DNA of 64,000 nucleotides from positions 186,001 through 250,000 of the forward strand of contig CDMY01000542.1 in the NCBI GenBank assembly GCA_001179505.1, given 5' to 3'. The notes beneath the pieces are model-generated. The model was not told the DNA's origin and did not search any database. It worked only from the letters and a program-made list of their open reading frames with translations. The stretch is from Vitrella brassicaformis CCMP3155. Taxonomy: Eukaryota; Protista; Chromerida. Position 1 is the first letter of the stretch, and each line of letters starts with the position of its first letter. Positions 49,261 through 60,641 of this stretch are shown one piece after another. The position numbers were made by a program, and so were the translations under genes.

Positions 49261-50219
49261 GGACAACAAGAAGCCCTCACAGCCCTCAGACGACACGCAA
49301 TTGGCAGCCGGCCAAGGACAACACCAAGAGGGCATCGATCTGGACGACTCCCCGGGCAGATTAACTGAACGGCCGTCATAGTGGGACGTGAAGTGAGCAT
49401 TAAGGGAGTGATGTGTCAGCCATCTGTTATGTCATCTTTCTTGTGTATTTTCTCAGGATTTCTGGTATCGCCGCCTACATTTTATATTCGTCGGGCACTT
49501 TCATCATCGGACGTCCCCTGCCTGTCGCCGCCTGCGATGGAGCCGCCGATATCCGGGCGAAACTCTTCCAGACTTCGGTGCGTAAGCAAGTGTGACGCCA
49601 TCGCGATGGACACATGTGCAAAAGGATTTTGTCATGTCTCGCGTCCCTGCACCTCAGGACAAGCAATAATGAGAAAAGAACAACGCCCCTGGAGCAGCGC
49701 CTCACGGTGAGCCCTCATCAGTGCTGATTCTAGTGACCACTGTCTTGTTTCCCCTCTGCAGAAGCTGCCTTTCTCACCGAATGTCGCAGACTGTTTTCGC
49801 ATGCTCTCCTTGCAGATCCGTTGGAAGCTTAAGCTTAACACAGGAGACGTCCACCAAACGCTGCCCCGCTCTGTCATTGGTCTCATTTGTCTCTGTCTGG
49901 TAGTTCAGGTCGATTGTGAGCTGTGGGCCCTCTACTCTCGCGAGAGTCGACAGCTGGGGGCGGGCCCCTCACACAGAGACAGAGCAACTTTTTCATCACC
50001 AACTTCTTCGCTCTTGTGCTGTATTCGGCCAGGTAAGGTAATCGGTGGGTGCGTAGAGACGCATGAAAAACAACGCACAGGTGCTCCTCTTCTGACATGC
50101 TGTGATCAAGGTCGTGGAAGGTCCTAGAAGCGATCAACGATGCGGACTCTCACACATACCGGCCGGCGAAGTGGCGATTTCAAATTGTGGGCAGCTTACC
50201 AAACCTGACGCCAGGTTGT

Positions 50220-50877
50220 GGCGGGATAGAGCTAGAGAGACTGAGATACTTCGCCTCGAGGAGGAGGTTCGCAGACTCACTCGCGAGTACGTGACGCAAG
50301 CAGGGAGGGAGAGGGGATGGGTGGGGGTGAGTGCAGTGCAGATCAGGCAAACAGACCTCTTGTGACGCAGATGTGTGTGATTGTGTCTTTGTGTGTGTGC
50401 GTTGGTATCAGGGTGGGGCTGCTGCGGACCCAGAACAACCACCTGCTCAGTCGTGACCCAAATACCGGAGTCGATGCCGCAAAGGTGGATAAGGACACAG
50501 ACAGACAAGCTCCAGTGTCCACTCTGTCTCTCCCTCTCAGTTTGAGTCCTCGTTCGTGAGCCCCATGCTGCGCGAGCTGGACGGAAAAGACGCCGCGGCA
50601 ACAGAAGTGTACGTAAGGGAAAGCGCAGTGGAGGACAGAATGTCAAAGTGCCCGTTTCCCTTGCCTCAGGATTGAGCAGATACGTGACAAGCATAACTCG
50701 GCGATCCTTCCTCCATATGTTGACCTAGATGCTGACGATTCTGACAAGGTACTTCGCCACGCACGCCCACCTACCGACCCACCGACGCATCCATCCCACG
50801 CTCTCTCTTCCAATCTGTGTGCAGGAGGGCGTAGCGAAGGGCAAGGGCAAGGCGATGATGTCCCGCTGCATGCCGTA
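50220..50877 (+). pseudogene. 3' exons of an unknown coiled-coil gene whose 5' end is replaced by repeat sequence
   Basis: Splice-flanked ETEILRLEEEVRRLTRE|VGLLRTQNNHLL..|FESSFVSPMLRELDGK..|IEQIRDKHNS..|EGVAKGKGKAMMSRCMP*. Confidence 0.4.
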
Positions 50878-50948
50878 AGAAAGGGGAGACGGGGGAGGGG
50901 ACGAGAGCAGCCAAGCCGCACCTGCCCTCTGTTTTCAGGCGTTTCAAG

Positions 50949-51527
50949 ATGACGCTGTCCAAACTGAAGGCTCGCACTCAGCCCAAGGACAGAGGTACGC
51001 ATGGGCCGATACACAGAGCGCCACACGGACACACACATCTCCATCCTTCTGGCTGTTTACACAGCTGGAGGGCCACTGGGATGGTTCCGCCATGGCAAGT
51101 CCACCACCAACACCTTCAACGACGCCCCGCCCAAGGGCATGGTGGCACAGCAGGAGGACGAGACCATCATCGACACACCGATCATCGCCGGCGGCACGGA
51201 CCTCATCGGCACGGTGCAACAGGAGGACCCGGACACACCGCTCATCGAGACGGTCCGCGCCGCGCCCACCATGATAGATGCCAAGCTGGCCCTCCCTGGC
51301 GGCAGCGCTGACCGTCACTACTTCAGCAGGTGACTGACGTGCACACCACACACACACGTCACATGTGCGGTCGCTAAACGTGTGTGGCTATACGTGTGGA
51401 TGGATGTGTGTGCAGACACGTGCTCCGCGCTGCGACCGAGGACGAGAAAGAGGCGGCGGAGCACGTGCACGATGCCATGAAGGCGCTGCACTACCGGGGG
51501 GAGGAGGACGACGGCTGCCACACGTAG
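50949..51527 (+). CDS. Hypothetical protein (3 exons)
   Basis: MTLSKLKARTQPKDR|AGGPLGWFRHGK..RHYFS|RHVLRAATEDEKE..GCHT*, with in-phase introns. Confidence 0.5.
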
Positions 51528-51639
51528 ATAGACAAAGACACACATACAAACAAACCACATCACCCCATCACATCACATGGCGGGAGAGAGGGGGTAGCCT
51601 AAGATACACACATGCATGCGTGCCTTCATCAATGTGTGG

Positions 51640-52450
51640 CGGGCGGGCGTCGCCAAATGGGGTCAAGAAGGCATATCACAACGGCGCCCTGGTACGCACT
51701 CCAAACCGATACGAACGATTGGACGCATCTTGGCGGACGCGTGTGTGTGTGTGCAGAAAACCCACACGGACAAGGGGGGTGGCAAGGAGAACTTCCAGGC
51801 CTTGAACGAGGCCTACACCGTCATCAAGAAGGACCTCGAGCAACTGAGGGATGGCGACCCGTCTGACCCGGTACACCAAGAGCACAGCACCATCACGCTG
51901 CCGCATGTACGTGTGTGCGTTCGTTCGGTCGGTCAGATTATCAAGTGGCGCCGCGAGAGGAGGGAGAGGTACCAGCAGGTGACCCCGCCACATACCCACA
52001 CCCACACGCATTCACACGCCTTCACACTAACTCAGCGGAAGGCGGCCGCCGCGGAGAGGGAGAAGGAGCTCAAGCGCATCGGACAGGAGCTCGAGGAGTT
52101 GCAACACCGTCGTCTGCTAAGGCGGCAGCACATCCAGACCATGCTCAGCGAGACAAACAACTCTGACAGCGCCACCACAGACGCCGTCCACCCGCCACAC
52201 CCAGCACTCGCCCGACAGCGATCAGGACGAGACTGACGAGACTGACGAGACGACCATCCGGCTGCCGGTGGGAGTCGAGGGCGCGCTGCACCTGGTGGCC
52301 GACCAGGGCGAGGCGGCTCAGGGGATGTGGGAGGGGAGGGAGGGAGGTCAAGATAGAGGGGGATGGGAAAGGGAGAAAAGGGTGCTGGGGCTGGTTCGCG
52401 CTGCCCAACCCCTTTGCATGGTGCATGTCCGGCTGCCTCGTGTAATGCAT
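51640..52450 (+). pseudogene. J-domain (HTD variant) copy R2, 5' truncated
   Basis: Begins mid-domain: ..GVKKAYHNGAL|KTHTDKGGGKENFQALNEAYTVIKKD. Confidence 0.6.
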
Positions 52451-53264
52451 CACACAATCCACCCACACACAACCAGCAGCGACACATGTAGCCAGCTAGC
52501 GAGGGAGTCGCGAGAGATTCCTTAGTTTTGGATGGATGGATGGGAGGACGGCAGGCAGGGAGGGAGGGAGGGAGAGAGGGGTGTGTGCGTTTGGGTTGGG
52601 TGATGTGTGGTCTGCGGCATGGGAGGGGAGAGAGCCTCGGTGATTTTTCAAGTGTGTGTGGTCTGCCGAAGTTTTTGTTAGTGAGAGAGCGAAGCTCGTG
52701 TTTGTGTGTCGCCCAATCAGCGGGGTTGTGGTGTCACAATGGGGGGGTGAGCACAACGAGAGAGAGCGGCTGGCCGTATGTGCACGGGTACAGTGTGATA
52801 GAGCTAGAGAGGGCGGCAGTCAGCCCAAGTAAAGGCGACATGGTTGTGTGTGTGGATGGGGGCAGAAAGGAAAAAATGCCCATCAGAAGGCACAGCAAAA
52901 GAAAGAGAAGAGGGCCCACCAGAAGGCCACAGAGACAGACGAGGAAGGTCATGGACATGGTGTCTGAGGGAGGGGTGAATGGGAGGGCGGTGTGTGTGGC
53001 GGCAGAGAGGCGTTTCGTTTGCCTACATTTTATATTCGGATGGCGGTTTAGTAGCACTTGATGAATGAATCATCTGGACAGAGGAGACGAAATGAGTGGT
53101 GTGGGTGTGGGCAGAGAGGAAAACAAATGCCCTCAGAAGGCACAGCAAAAGAGAAGAGGGCCCACCAGAAGGCCACAGAGAGAGGAGGAAGGTCATGGAC
53201 ATAGCTAGGAGGTCAGCACAGCACAGCTCAGCTCGGATGTCTTCGCGTCTCCCATGTGCGCATC

Positions 53265-53299
<35 letters not shown>

Positions 53300-53479
53300 T
53301 GTGTGTGTTTTGCTATGGTTTGTGTGCAGCCTGGTGGTGGAAAGGCCGATGCACGCACAGAAAGACATTCGCCAGCGACTGAGTAAGCGCCTGTGACCGG
53401 CTTCGTGGAAAGTCAGTGGGCTACCGCACGCACACTAGACACACTATCGTGCACACATCGTGTGTTGGCTGGTGTTGGT

Positions 53480-54130
53480 GTTGATGTGCAGGCTCAGGGC
53501 GTGGCTCTGCCCCAGGCGAAAATGTTTTTCCACGATGCATTGGAGGGGCTGGGGAAGTTTCTGAGTGGGGCGGCATCAGCATCAACGGCATCAAGCCCAC
53601 AGTGAGTATAACCACACGCACACAGAGAGAGACATTTACAGAGAGAGACAGAGCAACAGTGGGTGCCCACGCCTCTGCTCCATTCGCATGTGTGTGCAGC
53701 GGACAACACGGGCAAGTGGTTCGATTTCGACGCAGCCGTGAGTGAGCCGACAAACGTCACACACATCGCCAGCCACACATTTGCGTGTGGATGTTGAATG
53801 GACGCATGGATGGATGTGCGTGTAGGTCAAAGCCGCCGCCACATCATGGAGGGCTCCGCGCAGCAGACAGACCCATTCAGGAGCCAGGAGGACGAAATGA
53901 TGGTGCTTGGTGAGTGGACTGAATGGTGGCGACACGCATACGCAGCACACACGCACCAGTAATGTGTGGTCTTCGCTCAGGGTATGCGATGATGCCAATC
54001 ATCAGACGGCTCTTCCAGAAGGACAAGACCGACCCACCGCCCGACCATACCGCAGCCCGGCAGCACAGGCGGCACTGGACGTCTACTCGAGGGTCGTGGG
54101 CACCGACAGAGGCGCGCAGCCCTTGACGCA
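53480..54130 (+). pseudogene. Atypical kinase C-lobe fragment upstream of J-domain copy R1
   Basis: FHDALEGLGKF/EWGGISINGIKP, DNTGKWFDFDAA, TDPFRSQE, NVWS; contains frameshifts. Confidence 0.5.
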
Positions 54131-54427
54131 TCGGCAGATGCTGGCTGTGCTCCTCGGGCAGTGGAAGGAGGGGCACCCACACCCAGCGCATCACGACGAA
54201 CACGTCCGGTGCTGGCCCGGGGTCGCCCGCCGTTGGTGGGGAGGAGACATGTAAGTATGTGGTGTCTCGCCCGTCTTTTGTTGGTGCCATTCTATCGGTG
54301 TCTCTCTGCTCCTTTTCAGATCGCCGCCTACATTTCATATTCGTCGGGCTTTCTCTCTTGTCAGCGTGACGCTCTCTCCCACAGCACTGCTCGACACCGA
54401 TCGCAAGACGATACGCCCGAGACACCA

Positions 54428-55969
54428 ATGCTTCGTACTCGCGAGCGAGGGAGAGTGTGCGAGATGTTGGCATTCCTGCACACCGCAGCAGTTGCTGCCC
54501 TGTCGGGAGAAAGAGCCAGCATGCCCATCACGCGTGCCGACGGCCGCACGGGATTCGTCGGTTCCGAATACGTGGGCTTCTACGAGAAGTTGCAGGTGCA
54601 TCCGTGCGCCCCGCTGAATGAGGTCAAGAAATCCTATCACAAAGGCGCCCTGGTACGCACTGCAAACCGATACGAATGATTGGACGCATCTTGGCGGACG
54701 GATGTGTGTGTGTCTGCAGAAAAGCCACACAGACAAGGGGGGTCGCAAGGAGGACTTCCAGGCCTTGGTTGAGGCCTACACGGCCATCAAGAAGGACCTC
54801 GAGCGACTGGAGAATGGCGACCCGTCTGACCCGGTACACCAAGAGCACAGCACCACCCCGCTGCATTCATCAATCCTCGCATGTACGTGTGTGCGTTCGT
54901 TCGGTCGCTCAGATTGTCAAGGAGCCCTAGAGATGCAGGAGAGATACCGGCAGGTGACCCCCGCACAGACCCACCGATAACACGCATCCCAACACCACAC
55001 ACAACACATGGCTACTTCTGACCTGTCTGTCACTCAGATGCAGGAGGAAGAGAAGAAGAGGGATAAGCTGCCCACCCTGATCGAGGAGAGGGATAAGCTG
55101 CGCAACCAGATCCTGGAGCGCCGCCGCTTGCTCGAGGAGCACACACTGCAGCGGCGGTGCGAGCAGATCAACACCACAAACCCATGACCGGTACCTTGAG
55201 ACGCCGTTCGGTTTTCATACAGCAGGTCCGTCATGGTGTGTGTGTTGCAGGACCAGCCAGCATTTGGGCACTCGCCGTGGGCAAGTAGCTGCTGCCCTGG
55301 GCAAGCGCATGGACACTGGGGCGACGCGTGCACGTTACCTGAGGTTTGCCCTATATCACCTCGTCTCGAAGCGCTGCGAGATGGAGGTGTGATATCTGGG
55401 AGCGCGTGTGGCGTAGGTGGTGGCCTTGGTGAGGATTCAGAGTGCTCTGGACCTTGACCTGCCAGTCACCCGGCTGCTGGATCTCGGTAAGTGCACATAC
55501 CTGGGTTGGAGGGCCGGCACAAGTGCTTCGTGTGTGTCTGGAACAGGTGATCCAGGTGCGATGGAAGGAGTACAGTACGGCCTTCTTCAGGAAGTCCTCT
55601 CCACGGCGGAGAGCGCCCGGAAGGGCATTTCGGTCCACACGTCCGTGCCGGGTGTGCGGATCCGACGCATCGCTCCGCAGCGCCCAGCGTGACGCCTCTC
55701 CCGCGTCATCACCGTCCACCCGGCACACCGACCACCCGTCCTCAGCCGACAGCGACGGAGACGATACCGACGAGTCCATCCGGCTGCCGGTGGGCGTCGA
55801 CGGCGCGGTGCACCTGGTGGCCGACCAGGGCGAGGCGGCTCAGGGGATGTGTGAGGGGAGGGAGAGGGAGGTCAAGATAGAGGGGGATGGGGAAGGGAGA
55901 AAAGGGTGCTGGGGCTGGTTCGCGCTGCCCAACCCCTTTGCATGGTGCATGTCCGGCTGCCTCGTGTAA
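54428..55969 (+). CDS. J-domain (HTD variant) gene copy R1, the most complete copy
   Basis: FYEKLQVHPCAPLNEVKKSYHKGAL|KSHTDKGGRKEDFQALVEAYTAIKKD, followed by coiled-coil and low-complexity exons with GT-AG boundaries. Confidence 0.65.
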
Positions 55970-58908
55970 TGCATCACACAATCCACCCACACACAACCAG
56001 CAGCGACACATGTAGGCAGCTAGCGAGGGAGTGAGCAGATGTCTTAGTTTTGGATGGATGGGGAGATGGATGGATGGATGGATGGATGGGAGGGAGGGAG
56101 GGAGGGAGGGAGGGGTGTGTGCGTTTGGGTTGGGTGATGTGTGGTCTGCGTGCATGGGACGGGAGAGCGCCTCGGTGTTTTTTCAAGTGTGTGTGGCCTG
56201 GCTGCCCTGTTGCCATTTGCCCGATGCATTTGTGGGCTGTGCTGCCCTTCTCGCCCAGCTGGGGCCATCTTTCATGTGAGAGAGCTGCATTCATTGCATT
56301 ATGTTCATGTGGCCTCGTGTCTCGTCTGACCCGGTACACACACGCCACCCCGTGATAGCATCACCCCGCTGCATTGACGTGTGTGTGTGCTTTCATTTGT
56401 TCGTTCAGAGTATCGAGTGGCGCTGAGAGAGGCGGCACAAGTACCAGCAGGTGAGCCATTATAGAACGCCGATGCCATCCATACCATATGGCTGCCACTG
56501 AGATGCAGGATGAAGACTTAATTGATGGCGCAGGTGGTCAACAAAAACGGCCGACGCGTCGTCCGGCACGTCGCCCCCCGCCCGATGTACATGTCCTTTC
56601 TTCATGTCATCCTACCTGTGTCTCCTGTCATGTTATGTTTCATCAGATCGCCGCCTACATTTTATATTCGTCGGGATTTTCTTTATGCGTGACGCTCTCT
56701 CCCTCCCTCAGCCGACCACAAGACGCACACATACATATCTCATCCCAACCGCAGCCCCACATGCGGTGAGTGAGTCAGCAATAGCGTCATTCCGCTGCAT
56801 TCACTCACGTGTGGGTGCATGGGCGTTCGTTTGTTTCGTCAGATGCTAAGGAGCGCCGAGAGAGGTGGGACAAGTACCAAATGCATCAAAAGCTATGATG
56901 TCTCAGCTTGGAAGCAGAAAAGAGACATCACAAGGTGGGTCAAGAGGTGTAGCCAATCCGACACCCAGCCACGACAGCAAAGCAACAGCCAAACAGCCAC
57001 CGACTCGAAAAGGTAGGTTACGAAATATACCATGGTGTCTCTGATCCTCTTTTGCCCTCGCCTCAGTAGACAGGCGAAGAGACACGACACACATGGCGCA
57101 GACAGGCGTCGGCAAGACTGACAGGGGCAGCGCAAGCAGCATGATCCAAGGTGGCCAACGATACAAACAAATACCAAGACACTCTGGTCTTCCTCATCAT
57201 ACCTGTGGACATGCAGCACCAAAAGCTATGATCCATGGACACAAACCGACAAGTGCCCGCCCACCAAAGGAGAGGTACAAGAGACATTCCTCTTCAGCTG
57301 TTCCTTAAACCTGCTGTTTGCAGACTTGAAGGAGGAAGATATGGTGGTGCGCATTCACAATGTGCACATGGATGTAAATCTCTTCGGTATGTCGACTGGG
57401 GTGAAAGACCATTCGCGGTTGAGGTGGTTGGTGATCGAATGCTTCCCCTGCAAGTGGCTGCGAGTTTCGGTTTTCCATCCACATCGACATCTTAGGGGCT
57501 TCAAGATGTAGACGTCTTACTATAAGTGTTTTCGGGGTTTTCAGAGAGGCACAAGCAACATACCTCTTCAGCTGCTCTGTGCAGACTCGGCCCGCCTCTT
57601 GACCAGATGCTGAGAGTGGAGAACAAGACTCGGGATTCGAAACCCCAAAGTGAGACACACAATACACAGACGCGCACACACGGCAGAATTCTCTCTCCCG
57701 TATGTGTGCATCCAGAACGCACATTTTTTGGTGTACGGCATGCTGCTCGAGTGAGTGTGAGCACTTGCCATTTGAGGAGGTCATTGAATGGATGTAGGCT
57801 ATGTCTCAACTCGAAACACTTGTCGTGTCAGGTTGGGCCATTCGCACCCTCATCAAGCCCCTCACCGAGACGCACAAGGGCGGCCAGCATGTCCGGGGCG
57901 TGCCAAAGTCGCCTACGTCAAGGTGGTGGCGCCCCTCGTTGGGCAGGAGCTAAAACTCAAGGACAAGAACGGCAACCCGGTGCCCCAGCTCACGCACCAG
58001 CAGATGGTCAAGTACCTCAAGAAGAGCCGGGTTGCCGTGCCGCCCACCACACCCGTTGCCCAGTGAGGTGGCAGGGGCACCCACCACTGGAGACGGACAA
58101 GGCGGTCGAGCCGCATGGCTGCGAGGGGGGAGGGAACGAGTGTACATGGGGCCATGGATGGGTGGGTGGATGGATGGATAGATGCCATGGGGCAACGTGT
58201 TCGTTGGTGTGGCCATGGAAGAAGAGAGCGCCTCGGTGTTTTTTCGAGTGTGTGTGGTCTGGCTGCCCTGTTGCCATTTGCCTGGCTGCGCTTGATTAAG
58301 TCAGTGCACATGAGAGCGTAGAGAGGGAAAGGCGGTGCGTACATGCATCCGTACGCATCGGCAACCACGTGAGTGGGAGAGAGAGAGAGGGGGGGCTTTG
58401 AGGGGTCACTGCTGTTTCTACTTCCTCAGATCGCTGCCTGCATTTTATATTCGTTGGCAGTTTTGTTAATGAATCCGCAGTGAGGGAGTGCGCGAGACAC
58501 GCAGACCAACCATTGTCTGTCTCTTCACCGACAAACAGACAAACAGACAGACAGACAGACATGCAGGAAGACAATCAGATAAGGGTGTATTCATGTCACA
58601 GTTGCCTCCTAACTTTTTGCACCACCAGGAGACCCCCTCTAGGCCCCTCACGCCAAATCAAGAGACAGCGAAAGGCTCTGCCTCCACAGCGACACACCCA
58701 TTTGAGGAAGAGACCACAGTGACTGCGCGCAGAGAGAAAGGAAATGTCACCACATAGATCCAGCTCACCTGACATTGCTCACCTTCACACACCCGATCGC
58801 GAGCTTGAGCCCGCAAGAGAAGGCTTTTCCTTCTCCAAGGCCGTCAGGCAACCAAGAGTGATCTGCGGAGCCTTATCAGACCCAGCCCCAAGCACACACC
58901 AGCCTCTC

Positions 58909-60343
58909 ATGGGCTGCGCGTCGTCCAAGGAGGCCAAAGCCAAGAGGGGCACTGCGGCCGCCAAAGATGACGCATGGGCCTCCCCTGCCAAGATAGAGAA
59001 GGACAAGGACGGCAAGAAGGCACAGACCACGAAAATCGAGGTGGTCAAGGACAACATTGTGGATGAAAAGGCGAGGCCACCAAAGGACAAGAAGAAAGAC
59101 AAGGGAAAGGCTGCCGTATCGGTGAAGGAGATCAGGGCGGTGCCGGCGAAGAATGTGAGAAGCCCTTAGTGATAGATGGATGCATTTGAAGCGGCGGAAG
59201 GAGGAAAGCCCCAAATGACTTCTTTGTCTTCTTGATGCAGGTTGAGCCGACTGCCGATTCGCCCGTTCCCGTGACTACTTCTCACCCTAGCCCCAGCCCC
59301 TCCCCCACCCTCGCCCCCATCGTTCACCAGTCTCATGAGAGGAGGGACCAGCCGTCGGTGGCCAGGGACACCTTCTCGCCTCCTGTCTCCCCACATGAGT
59401 GGGACAGGGGATCGCCTGAAGTGCCCGAAAACCTATCGCAAGCGCAGAGACAGCAGGTGAGCGCAGGGCAGGCAAGACTCGCTCCATTCCATCTGGCTCA
59501 CGTGGTTTGGCGTGATCGTCTCTGCAGGCAGAATTGATGGCTGAGAAGCGTCAGAGATTCGACCCATCCAAGTATCGCTCTGCGGGCTATGTCTCAGGCG
59601 CCAGCGATCAGTTGCAGGCGGCAGACATGTCCTCCCCTCCCCCAACCAATGACCTGCCGGCCGCCCTGCCCCCTCCTCCAGAGACATTTGACCGACAGGG
59701 ATATCACTGGCTCCAGCAGCAGCAGCAGCAGCAGATCGAAGAAATGGGTGGCGTGCCTCCGAGGATGGACGATATGCAGATGGAGGATGTGGAAGACGAT
59801 TTCGATGCGATGATCCAGCAGCTCCCGCCGCCGCCCAAGAATTTGGGGCTCATGCACAGACCCGCAGGTATGCAATCGACACGCACAGACAGGCAGAGAG
59901 AGGGAGACACACGGGTCGGAGACCTGGCATGTCTCTGTGTCTCGGCCGTGTGTTAATGTGCAGCAGTGCCCACCCAGGGGTCCTACGAGGTGGGCCGGCT
60001 ATCACAGCACAGCAGATGATCCATTCTTGCCTGTCTCCACCTCTTGCGCTCACTCGCCTTTGCCGTGTTGCTCTTCGTTTATGTGCAGTATCGCTCGTCC
60101 CCTCCCCCGGTGGTGCACCACAACCATGAGATGCCTAGCCTGCCTGGTGTGATGCCGGACGATGCTTTGCCACTCGATGTGTCACATGAAGTCAAGTCAA
60201 GGTCAGCAACAGACGGAGGAAGGGAGAGGGAGGGAATGTGGACGCATCGGTTGTTCTTTCTGTGGTCGTACAGAAATCGCCATTTCGACGAGGCTGATGA
60301 AATGATGATGGACGACATATTGCAAGAGATAGAGTCCACCTAG
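58909..60343 (+). CDS. Low-complexity protein with N-terminal MGCxxS dual-acylation motif
   Basis: MGCASSKEAKAKR.., Lys-rich exon 1, Pro/Gln-rich middle, C-terminal FDEADEMMMDDILQEIEST*; GT-AG introns. Confidence 0.75.
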
Positions 60344-60641
60344 GTGCTACTACTGAACAACACCGCCGGGTGTTGTCGTGTTGGTGTCAGTTGTTGGTGT
60401 GAGTACTTGATGACACAGTGACTTTCTCCAGACAATGTATTACAATCTGTGTTTTCTGGAACAAAGGCGTCCACCACCCACACGCACACCGAGAAACGCA
60501 CTCACTCACTCACCCATGCACGGACGATCCATCGCCCGCCTCAGTCCGAATTCCTTCCAAGACACCAGCCACCGACCGCATATGCACATATGCATGTGAC
60601 CTAAGTAACCCACCGCCCACTCAACCACAGCCGTCCGTCAC

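Larger units (their letters stand above)
46375..58180 (+). repeat. Right arm of the inverted duplication, with extra inserts at ~47.1-49.4 kb and 50.2-51.6 kb
   Basis: Same segments as the left arm in mirror order, with many substitutions and indels. Confidence 0.9.

Noticed and set aside
54320-54343. 24-bp motif as a spliced-leader exon or CRISPR repeat
   Set aside because: It does not match the dinoflagellate/Perkinsus SL (CCGTAGCCATTTTGGCTCAAG). Copies are dispersed in both orientations with no regular spacers.
57320-57400. LKEEDMVVRIHNVHMDVNLFG as a SAMHD1/HD-hydrolase C-terminal fragment
   Set aside because: Resemblance is too short and no HD motif is nearby.
30505-58180. Inverted repeat as a pure assembly artefact
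   Set aside because: The arms differ by many substitutions, indels and kb-scale inserts. An allelic explanation still needs long reads to exclude.
28000-58200. Autonomous transposon or retroelement driving the repeats
   Set aside because: No transposase, RT, integrase or Rep/helicase motifs were recognised in any ORF.
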